NCBI RefSeq assembly: GCF_000150275.1
Contig: NW_002060952.1
Location: 1,014,482-1,078,481, forward strand
DNA length: 64,000 nucleotides
Direction: 5' to 3'
Source: Trichoplax adhaerens
Lineage: Eukaryota > Animalia > Placozoa
Shown here piece by piece: positions 15,414-26,974 of the stretch. The first letter of the stretch is position 1. The number at the start of each line of letters is the position of its first letter. The notes beneath the pieces were generated by a model. It was not told the DNA's origin and ran no database searches. It worked only from the letters and a program-made list of their open reading frames with translations. Position numbers and translations under genes: made by a program.

Positions 15414-18400
15414 TTAAACATTTGATTCAAACTCTGGGCCTTTATCACCATCCTGCTTGCGGTTCAGTGCTTTATCCGTCATCGCATCTTCTTTAACTAC
15501 GACGCCAAATAATTCCTGTGCTACCAGTTCTTCTTCAGTTAGAGGCACGAACAGTAGCTTCTGTAAACGCTTTATCATTCAAGAACGGATAAAAGTAAGA
15601 TGAAGGTAAATATTTTATAATAAAGCGCTCTGTCAAGTTCATATTTGCATGAAGCATACCTCCATAAAACTCCCATCAGCTTTGCATAATTTATAAATTG
15701 CCGGTATAACGATACATGCTATGCACATTCCTGCCATCAACCAACCAATAAATTCACCCCACCACGGGTACGGTATAGATTTACCGTAAGTTATCGGAGA
15801 ATAGTAAATAATACTAAATATCAAAACGGCCTGCAAGAAATAATATATAATTTGTTTCTATTGAGGTTGTAATACGATGATAAAGATAAATACAGTAATT
15901 CTTACGCCAATCATAATAGGAGTCAAAAGAAACCAACAGATCTTCCAGTTTACCCATACACTTTTTTCAGTAATACGAGCAATATTTCCAATGTATCGGT
16001 TAATGCCTATTTCGGTAATTGATAATTGTTACTGCACAGGAGATATCTTTAATAAATGTCTTTAAGAATACCCACCGTAGATGTAGCTGATCATAATGAT
16101 TTCAATAAGGACAGTTATTATTAATCCGGTACCAGCGGAATAAATGTTGAACAAATTGAAAATGTAAAATCCTCCCTAAAGGTACGAAAATTTACGGAAA
16201 CTCTATTATGAGTACACAAACATAGGATTCATGGAGTTAATCTATGCAGTAGTACCTTTGTAACGCAAGTAAGACCAATTAAAAACATTACTATAGATAA
16301 ACCAGCAATCAGCCATGGTTTACGCTTTGACAATTTCTCGGGCCAGTAATCAGTCAAACCGGTTACAACGGCTTCGACCATAGCAAACTGATTGGTATAG
16401 AGGCAAAATTAATAACTAGGCGAATATATGCCCATTAATGTATCTAAGCTTAATAGCATTTTGAATGAGTTGATTACGTAACTGAACGTCAACGTTTCTA
16501 TTACCTGACTGTCCAAGCCAAGAGTTATTAACATAAAAAAGAATATTACAGACCAAAAATTAGCACCAGGTAGTGTAGCTAAGCCGGCTGGGTACACCAT
16601 AAATACCAGCCCGGGACCTATAAGATTGTTAATAGCGTAAACATGAAGTGTTACATTTATTATTTAATAGACCTAATTATAATTTCGACCAATTTTTACT
16701 TAACAAAGTTTAAATACCTTGAGTAACTACTTCGGAAATTGGTACTTGTTGTTGCTTTGCCATATATCCGATCATGGAAAAGATAACAAAGCCACCAAAG
16801 AAACTAGTACCACAGTTAATACAACTTATGGTAACAGCATCTCTATCAACAATAATTGATTGCATTTATGAGAATTGGTAGGGTAAGACGCAGGATATTC
16901 GTAGTTTAAAAAGGATAGAACTTCTGTTCAACACTAGTTGAAATGCTTACTCAATACTTTATCGCATACAGTGTCATCTTACTAACCTTAGCAGGTTATT
17001 ATTCCGTTTGTTATAACTTGCGAAGGCAATCAAAGACCCAAATCCAGCACCCAAAGAATAAAAAATTTGTGTACCTGCTTCTCTCCAAGGCTAATTGGCA
17101 ACATAGAATTGCATAAAATTAGGTTAACGGAATCTGTAATCCATTGATATGTACTGCATACAGAATCTAAATGATACATTGCACAACGACATATAATTAC
17201 ATCCACTGATTGCAGCTTCGTAACGTTAACTTGTAAATAGTATCGTATTCCATCACCGGCACCATCAAGAGTAACACCACGGATGAAAAGTATAATCAGG
17301 ACAACGTATGGAAATGTTGCTGTAAAATATACTACCTGCGCAAATCAAGGCAGAATGCAACTTTTAATAGCAAAGAAACTATTTTATATAAAAACTTAAT
17401 ATACAGTATATATTTGCTCTATTGCAATCCTGGGAGACAGAAAGTACAGTACTTTATTACTTGTCATGTTGTTTTTATCTATATTAAAATCACAATTAAT
17501 GGTTACACCAACGTAGTTTTTATAATACTCGATAAGTTAAAAATTTTGTACCTTTCCCGTCCACTGTACCCCTTTAAATATGCATAAGTAGACAATCACC
17601 CATGCGAGTATCAACAATAGTGCCAAGTCCCACTTTACCGGTCCTGCATCATCTGGATGGCTCGTGATGTTTAGAACGCGATTACTGATATCAGTTATAT
17701 TTGAATACGAACAGTTTTGCATGTCAAATGAAAAACGAATAATAACCGCAGTGAGTACATAGATAATGTCCGTAACGTATCGAAGCTGCTATATATAATT
17801 GTGCATACATATGAACGCTTATAGATATATAACATACTTGAAATACTCAACACTTGGCGACGTTCCTGATAAATTTGCGTTCGAGCCATTACGAGCCAAG
17901 CACGATGGTGTATTCCATGGATTACCGCAGGTCGTCCAAGGAAGCGGTGCAATAAAGCTGGCAAACAAGAAGTATAAGATCCATGCTAGGATGACAACGT
18001 AGTAGATGGCCACAAAAAACGAAATTAAAATCATCGAGAAACCAGTTCCTAGTTTAAAATAAATAAAATATTCTAATAGCTTACAATTCAAAAAGAAGTA
18101 ATTTTACGATATACTCGTATATAGCAGCATTAGCCTGCCTAAGGATCGACGTTCATTCAACTAACGTACAGTTATCTACTTGATATCACTATTCAGTCAA
18201 ATTACCGCTTAATAGTGGGCAGATATTTCCAAAAGCAACGGTAGGCCCCTTCATAAAATATTGGCCAATTCCAAATTCTAGGGCCAGCAAGGGGATTCCA
18301 CACACAATGAGCGATAACACATAAGGAATCAAAAAAGCGCCTATAGGAAGATAAAGGACATTTCAGCTACAAATAAGTAAGAAAGTTCAGTAACTTTACC

Positions 18401-21400
18401 ATAGTACAGTAAACATACAGCATTAGAGCCTAACAATTACTCTATTAACGTCATAATGACAATTCATCAATCTTGTAACTTTAATAGCATGTGTTAAATT
18501 AAACAATTAGCAACTAAGATTAAATTTTTATTTCATTCTTATTAGTGTTATAATAGTTAGCAGATCAGAAATAATATAATAAAAGCAATGCGGCATATTA
18601 TAAAAGCATGGCGTGTATTAAAAACAGCAAACTTTGACAACTTTAGTAACTTTATCAGCCCCTATACATAGCATAATCCAGTCATATAAGCGGTAACATA
18701 AGGACAACACTAGCGATTGATTGATTGGTTAGTTGATCAGCAGAAGCAACGTAGTATATTACTATAATAGTATAGGTAAATCTGTCTGAATGTAGCTATT
18801 GCATTGCAAAGTTGACACTAAAGCAACCATAACTTTCCAGTAATCCAATTTAATTTATATAAACCTTATCAGTATACGATAACATTCGCGATCGGACATG
18901 ATACGAATTAAAATATATACTGCTTTATCCAGCAAGCACATCGCCACTCCTTTTTTATTTCTCACGGTAAAAATAACATGCTAAAAGTGAAATACGGCAA
19001 AACGATAAGTTTGCAAGCTAATATTATTACTTCTTGATACGGTCAACAGCGTTACTGTTATGACAAATTTCGTATTGTTAACGCTTTGTTGACAGCATTG
19101 TACTAGTTTCAATAGTTTTAAGAATAATTTCAATATACGCGTCTATATGTCACTATATACAATGTATTAATAATGAAAACAGTCACGTGAATAAAGTGGA
19201 CAGAAAGCAATAGACATTTTCGATTGATATTGTAATTTGAGTAAGAAAAATAAAGGCTGTAAAAGTAACTAGAAATTTGTACTGAAAGGATAGTATATTA
19301 AGTGTATGATATAGGCGTTATTACATCTTTTGGAATTGCCTGATTCCATATGCTATATATGAATACAGGTCTAAATAATAATAACGCCAATTCTGCTGTG
19401 CGTATACGATTTGAAGAAGATATCAAGGCGGAACTTTGTATAGTACTGTAACGGGTACACCATTCAGAAATTGCTCTCAAATTACAGTCTTAGCAATCTT
19501 CCTTCATGGAACGCTAGCAGCTAAGAAAGGAAATCTTTCTAACTATTTAATATAAAACAGTACCGCATCGCTATTAATTCAGCGATTTTATTGCTCACTC
19601 GTTGTCGCCTTGACTATTGTGCAATTTATTGTTTACTGTAACTAAAGACGGGGAATTTTTCAAGGCTCAAACAATTATTAAGGGTAATTAATTAATTATT
19701 AGCTCAACAGCAGGATTCTGTGTGCGTATAGCAATGATTAAATAATTAATACCCGATAAAAGAATGGATAAAAGTTGAAATTTCGGGTTGCCAACTCGTT
19801 ATTTCTTGCAATAAAATATCCTATCCTCTAGTACTGTACTGTCTAAGCAAACATAAGATTGTGTGTCTCAAGCTCCATGTCGAAAGTTGTAGTAAGAAGC
19901 TTCTCAATACTAGCAAAAATTGGAAGAACATATTGTCTTTAAATTAATTTCATTAAGATGATGAAACATACGCGTACATGGCACCTTATGTTTGGGCATT
20001 CAATTTAACTTTCAATTATAATTGGTAGTATTACATTAACATTGGCAAAATTTGAATACGAAAGAATTAAATGCAAAATGCTTAGTGATACTGTCGTAGC
20101 ACATCTCACAAACTCTGTATTCTTTACTACATTCAATGGATAACTGTGTTCGTTGGGCGACCTCATTGGTGTTGGATACTAGGCCACATGTAATCCCACT
20201 CAGATGTAAAAAAAAACAACGCAATTTTTCGGTCATCATATCGAAACATAGATAGTTACCTGTAACTTACTAGATATTGTAACGTATTCGTGAGGATTTA
20301 AATGTCCAACTTATCCCGACATTATTATCCTATTATTCTATTTTGGTTTGATTAGCATAACTTGTATACGCATGACAATTAATGCGTATGTGTAAAGAAG
20401 TCATCTTTGCTGTTCATTCTATAAAAAATCTGCAGTTTAAGGCAATTGTCAATAAAGTAAGCCAGACAATAGCTATGCTTGGACAAATGATACCTAGTAG
20501 TCCTATGGGTGTACATTGTTCACTATACTAATTACTCTACACCATGTTGGATAAGAAAAAATGATATTATTGCGTGATATTGATAATACTGTCCATTTTG
20601 CAACTGGAAGATGCAGATAGCAAGGTAGCAACACCATACAGTACTACTAACAAGTGCAACGCCCTACGCATATTTCTCAACAAAGCCATACTGTTACTGT
20701 TAGGGGGTCTACAATCTTGAAGCGTTGATTCTTCAATCCTTTATACATGGCACATTAGCATGTCAACAGTATTGATGAGAAGTTAGTGGTAGTCTAATTG
20801 GACCCTACAATACAGTGTACTTGTATTGACAATTTCAATCGTTGTGTACATTAAATTAACATTTTATTATTACAGGGGACTGTCAAAGTCGCCTTTATGA
20901 CGAACAGCTACCGATTAAGATCAAGGATACAGATAAAGTTTATAAGCAAAAGTTGCATGCAGGTGATTGGCATTGCTTAATGTAGTTGATAGTTTCACTT
21001 CATTTTGACGCCATTTCCCCCAAATTAGGCTTAGTAAATCATTTATACTGGTCTACTAAGCCTTTAGGTACACTTGCTTGTCTTCCAACTTTATTCTTTT
21101 CACCAGTATTGAATAAAATCGCTTTTCGTGCACTACTGAAAACATTACTTATACTAATTGATGATCTATATTGGATAATCTAAAAAGTGAGAAATATCAA
21201 GAATCCACGTGTAAACTGCCTATTTCGTGGGACTTATTCCCACATGCAGTGTCAATTATGAATTATAGCCTGTGTAGCAAGATTTAAAGGGTAGTGGATC
21301 AACTCAAAATAATATTTAAATATTATTAGCAAACAATAATAAATAAAGCAAATCTACATGCTACAATACTTTAGGCAGCAGTCATGTCCATCAAAACTAG

Positions 21401-21805
21401 TGTACTGTCGATAGGCATGCGTCTAACCTGGCTGTAGGCCAGGTTGACGTTGTCATGTCATTGACCATCCAAACATTTTCCTCTCTATCGACTGATGACT
21501 AAAGATTAGCGTTCATCAATTGCATTCTCTACTATGTCTTTTGGTGGTATAGTATCAAAAAGACTCTGCCAAACTGTCAACTACATGGTAGTGTACCGCT
21601 AATGGTCATTTCTTGTGTGTTTTCACTGAATGATAGTTGCAAGTGATATTGCACTTACCGCCACCATACTGGTAACAAAGATAAGGAAACCTCCATATAT
21701 TACCAAATCCAACGGCGAATCCAACGCAGGAAAGAATGAAATCGATTTTTTTACCCCAGCCTTCTCGCTCTACTACTGCCTCCGAATCAGCAACATCTAA
21801 ATCTG
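15414..21805 (-). CDS. SLC6 sodium/chloride-dependent solute symporter, paralog A (5' end not found, adjacent to assembly gaps)
   Basis: Exons 21805(or 21802)-21659, 18340-18206, 18048-17838, 17684-17552, 17335-17201, 17090-16987, 16842-16718, 16617-16505, 16387-16256, 16175-16076, 16006-15906, 15830-15660, 15569-15414 (TAA). Motifs [91 protein letters not shown]; the protein ends ESNV. Confidence 0.93.
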
Positions 21806-21880
21806 CTAACAAACAAGTCAATTTCAACTATTACCCTATTGGCTAAGTAATCACTGTCAACGTTGGATGCATGCCATATT

Positions 21881-21930
21881 NNNNNNNNNNNNNNNNNNNN
21901 NNNNNNNNNNNNNNNNNNNNNNNNNNNNNN
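21881..21930. other. Assembly gap (50 N)
   Basis: Run of n. Confidence 1.
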
Positions 21931-22950
21931 GATATATTAGTATATTACAGTCTTTTGGAACCCCAATTGCTCAGATACTCAGCGTCAATGCTTCAACGAT
22001 GATACACTATTCTAGTCTTCAATATATTATCGTTTGAGCCATTGACGCTGAGTATCTGAGTAATCGGGGGTTATTATGAACAGGTGGGGAACCTACTGTA
22101 CTGTACGTACACTGCACAGTGTACACTACAGTTGTTGACAATGGGATGAGTAGACCAGCAGGGTCCCTGAGCGCTGCCGCTAGGTGGTCCATGTCAATAG
22201 ATATCAACAGTAGTAACCGCGTGGCGTGATTGTACTAGGCGTGACGTGTTGTACAGTACAATGGAAGTACAGTACAGTGGATGTGTGATCTTTTCAGTCC
22301 AACACCGTGTACTGTACAGTCCTTTTACAGTGCTGTACTGTACTGTACATACTGTACACTGTACAGTACGCTGTACTGCACTGTACCGTAGTAAAAAAGG
22401 CTCAGCATTCATTGAATTTTTTCGTATCGTACGGTAACAGAGGGCCGTTTACAGTACTGTACAGTACCGTACTTTGGCCATTGCAACACATACCAGGAGT
22501 TCTTTTGCTTAAAGGAACCACGTACAGTACAGTACAGGACAGTAGTTGTACAGTACTGTACTGTACGTACAGTAAAATATAGTACTTTGTACTTCAGTAA
22601 AGTACTGTACGTAAACACTACTGTACTGTACCGTCGTCCCTGGACCATCTAGTCTCTACGGTACAGTACGCGGCGTGACGATGGACGAATACAGTACTGT
22701 ACTGTACTGTACTGTATGTACTGTATGTGTTAACAAATACAGTAAATCGTTCTTTTGATATACTGTACTGTATTGAAATGCACAGCTATCAAGCTTTAAG
22801 CTACAATAGGCTGCACCATGAACAACAAGACGAATTCTCATACTCTACACTACTGTACGTTCTCCCATTAGTTCGATAACTCAAAGTACTCTATGATCGG
22901 CATCAAGCGATTGTGAGAACCAATCAGGATTCGTTTCTTGTTTGCTGGTA
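21931..22950. repeat. ~1 kb block, copy 1 (gap-bounded), rich in TACAGTA/TACTGTA
   Basis: 21931-22911 aligns with 23037-24107; differences are mostly 5-bp-multiple indels plus scattered substitutions. Confidence 0.95.
21959..22072 (+). repeat. Imperfect ~48-bp-arm inverted repeat / hairpin (second copy at 23066-23179)
   Basis: Perfect 21-bp core CTCAGATACTCAGCGTCAATG (21970-21990) pairs with CATTGACGCTGAGTATCTGAG (22040-22060); the arms extend to AACCCC...GGGGTT. Confidence 0.9.
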
Positions 22951-23000
22951 NNNNNNNNNNNNNNNNNNNNNNNNNNNNNNNNNNNNNNNNNNNNNNNNNN
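22951..23000. other. Assembly gap (50 N)
   Basis: Run of n. Confidence 1.
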
Positions 23001-24108
23001 CTCAGATACTTAGCGTAAACAGCTTAATAAAACGATGATATATTAGTAATATTACAGTCTTCTGGAACCCCAATTGCTCAGATACTCAGCGTCAATGCTT
23101 CAACGATGATACACTATTCTAGTCTTCAATATATTATCGTTTGAGCCATTGACGCTGAGTATCTAAGTAATCGGGGGTTATTATGAACAGGGGGGAACCT
23201 ACTGTACAGTACTGTACGTACAGTACACTGCACAGTGTACACTACACTACAGTTGTTGACAATGGGATGAGTAGACCAGCAGGGTCTCTGAGCGCTGCCG
23301 CTAGGTGGTCCATGTCAAAAGATATCAACAGTAGTAACCGCGTGGCGTGATTGTACTAGGCGTGACGTGTTGTACAATGTACAGTACAGTACAGTAGATG
23401 TGTGATCTTTTCAGTCCAACACGATGTACTGTACTGTACTGTACAGTACAGTCCTTTTACAGTGTACAGTACTGTACAGTACAGTCCTTTTACAGTGCTG
23501 TACAGTATAGTACTGTAATGTACTGTACTGTACCGTAGTAAAAAAGGCTCAGCATTCATTGAATTTTTTCGTATCGTACGGTAACAGAGGGCCGTTTACA
23601 GTACTGTACAGTACCGTACTTTGGCCATTGCAACACATACCAGGAGTTCTTTTGCTTTAAAGGAACCACGCACAGTACAGGACAGTAGTAGTACAGTACG
23701 TACAGTAAAATACAGTACTTTGTACTTCAATAAAGTACTGTACGTAAACACTACCGTACTGTACTGTACTGTACTGTACTGTACCGTCGTCCCTGGACCA
23801 TCTAGTCTCTACGGTACAGTACAGTATGCGCTGTACTGTATGTACTGTATGTGTTAACAAATACAGTATGTACAGTACTGTACAGTATAGTAAATCGTTC
23901 TTTTGATACACGTACCGTACTGTACTGTACAGTGTACAGTGTCCAGTACTGTACAGTACTATATTGAAATGCACAGCTATCAAGCTTTGAGCTACAGTAC
24001 TGTACAATAGGCTGCACCATGAACAACAAGACGAATTCTCATACTGTACAGTACGTTCTCCCATTAGTTCGATAACTCAAAGTACTGTATGATCGGCATC
24101 AAGCGATG
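23001..24108. repeat. ~1.1 kb block, copy 2 (gap-bounded); tandem duplicate or second haplotype of 21931-22950
   Basis: Same unique backbone (e.g. GGGATGAGTAGACCAGCAGGG, AAAAAAGGCTCAGCATTCATTGAA, CGTCCCTGGACCATCTAGTCTC) with a different set of pentamer insertions. Confidence 0.95.
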
Positions 24109-24158
24109 NNNNNNNNNNNNNNNNNNNNNNNNNNNNNNNNNNNNNNNNNNNNNNNNNN
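24109..24158. other. Assembly gap (50 N)
   Basis: Run of n. Confidence 1.
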
Positions 24159-26974
24159 CTGAAACGATTCATCGTTCTCCGCATTAACAGTATCATGTCA
24201 ATCGACATAATTTGTTTACTGTACCATAGCAGACTTTTTCACTTGTAAGTTAAACAGTGCTAACGTTCTACCCTCCCACTCTCAGCCTATGTACACATTT
24301 ACCCGGCGTGATCGTAGTCCGTTGTCTACGTGCAACGTGGAACATAAACGTGGACATCCTGGACTACAGTACTGATTGCAGTAAAACAAGATTGGAAGCG
24401 TTTACACTCGCCAAAATGACCCTTGATTCACATTGATAAAGTAATACTGTAAGTCAATTTACAGTACTGTCACACACCACTAGTGACAAAGTAGTCTATA
24501 CACGCCAATCCTTGCGGAGAACGCCACTTACTAACTTAAAGAGGCGAGATTAGCTATATCACCAAATAATTCAGTTCCAACGATCGAATACTATGGTATA
24601 ATTATAGCGTCACAGATGATGTAGACGAGATAGTCAGAGATTTACTATCATTTATTACTGAAGGAATCTTGGCACCCAAGATTATAGTCTTTACAATTAA
24701 ATATCAATTGAAAAACTTGTTGACTATCTAACCGACTAACGAACTAAAAAGGAATTAACAAGTACACTCAGTACAGTAGGTCTAGATACAGTATGATAGT
24801 ACGATAATCGCGATTATTACGAAACTGTACTACTAATCAAGTTATTCGTCTTTATTCGCCGTGATTTGGTACTACGTTAAGATCAAACTCTTCCATATTG
24901 GTTTACTACCAGTGCCAGTGCTGCATGTTCGCTATGATATCCTATAATACAGTAGTACAGTACAGTACTGCAGTGTATTATTGATCACTGTCTCACGTGG
25001 TAGCCTCAACTACAGTATTTCCCCATACTGACCGTCACAGTACGCATGAGCGTGTTATCCTCCCCAATCATTAATAACGATAAAAGAAGAAGACCACAAC
25101 ATACCGACTGATCAACATGAGGTTCAGTAATTAGATATGAAAGAATCGCGTAAAAACTCGTAAAATGAAATCGAAATTACGGCAACAGTAATGATCTACA
25201 ATATAATTGTAAATGTAGTGACAAAGGAGCGTACCGTACAATGCATAAGTAGACGTTTTAGGTGGAATCCGGTAGAAGGAATGCAATGCAGTACTTGCAT
25301 GTCTAAAACTAGAAGTGAGCAACCAATGCTATGTGTTCTGGCTTCCTGAGCAAATTACGATTGCATTCGACCGCTTTACTGCATACTGTAGAGATTAGTG
25401 GCAGTGGAATGCATACAGTAGTACAATAAATAGTGTCAAGGAAATCATACCAAGAGTTTACCTACACTTATTACGAAATAGAAATTTGGTAATTGGTTGA
25501 ACATACTTAAATGGCCAGCAATTACATTTACACTTTATAAAGCTTAAAACTTATATGCTTGACTGATGATTACAATCTAGGCACGTACTGTGTTTCTACT
25601 TGTTTGAGACATTAAGACAGTCATCTATGAGATAACTACCACAAATAAGTTCTTATTCTCAGACAACACTAAAGCCTTTTGGTCACTGACGCCAGCATTG
25701 ATACCTAAAATAGAAGCTCAGCTCATTTATCCAACACGAATAAAGTCGACTCGACTCGTACGAGTATATTACATCTGATCTATAAACTCTTCTACCTATA
25801 TTACGACGAAATCTCAGGAGAGAAATGGCTACAACTATACTGTATAGTCATGCAAGCGGGCTAAATGTAGTTCCCTTTTCATCAGCTACATGAATATTCC
25901 ACTTCCATTAACTGCACAGACATCGGATAGGAGGACAGTATCAATTTAATTTAAATATTACATCGTACTGTAATATCCAGTTGGCTGTAAATACTTACTG
26001 CATAGTACGTCTATTTTGCAGACTGACTATCTTTCTAATGCAAAATTATCATAATAGACTATTTAAAATGATTCGAAATACTGGCTAACCACTGAAACTA
26101 TGCACAGTATATTGGGTACCGTGCTTGCGAATAGTTTAAATCGAGTCTTCTGCAAGTTGAAGGTTGTTGCTAAAAATTAGCGATTTATCATCTCTTAATA
26201 ATCGCGATAGAAGCTATTCTCGCCATGCCTCCATGAGTATTCAATTACTAATGGCTTCATTATAAATCTGAGACCTACGACATCACAAAAGTAAATTTCA
26301 AATTTTATTTTTACTATTTCTTGGATTACAAGGTACTAATATTGGCATACCGAACCACACGTGCATAGTATATTATCGATGCAGCTAAATTAATTGGATA
26401 GTCTGCTCTATAGGTATAATAAATTTGCGCTAGCAATTAATTAATTCTATAGATACGTAAGTACAACAAGAATATTTAATCTAACATTGTAACCATGTAG
26501 CAATCGTAATATGATTGCAGTTTGCGATAGTTGTTTACCGCATTAAAGCAATATTAAGTCATTAACATGGGCAATTAATACAATATTTGAGTCAAGATAA
26601 AGCGCATGAAATTTTGTGTTGCATGATACAACTTGGCTTAGGAACGTATTCCACAAAGATAATATACCATATTTAATGTTAACTAATCCTAATTTTTCTG
26701 TTATCAAGCACATCAAAGACAAGCTTGGTATATGCCAAGGGATGACAGACTGTATATTAATTGATTTATTACTGTACCTGTCAAAGTATCACTACAGAGT
26801 ATTGCGAAGCACAATCATGAAAACTCCAACATACGCGTATGCAGAGAAATCTCACGGAAAGTTAGTAAAGGGCTGCATTATTATACTCTCATTGAAGTGT
26901 AAACAACGCTATTAATGCCATTTTTTAGTACTATATGTGAACTGCGTATAGGACTGATAACTGATAATACAATA

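Noticed and set aside
22170-22192. CTCF-like motif GCCGCTAGGTGG
   Set aside because: A single short match, and CTCF is regarded as bilaterian-restricted, so it is unsupported in a probable placozoan.
22019-24064. Overlapping Y/C/T/V/S/Q-rich ORFs on both strands (also 40165-40455)
   Set aside because: They are translations of stop-poor ACTGT/ACAGT pentamers, and frames are not preserved between the two copies.
22085-24090. CRISPR-like array or telomeric repeat
   Set aside because: No constant 25-45 bp repeat with unique spacers and no cas genes; units are 5 bp in mixed orientation in a eukaryotic context and are not TTAGGG.
24159-24208. Possible ATG exon for SLC6 paralog A (MSIDMILLMRRTMNRF)
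   Set aside because: It runs into the gap with no donor visible and does not resemble the acidic N-terminus of paralog B.
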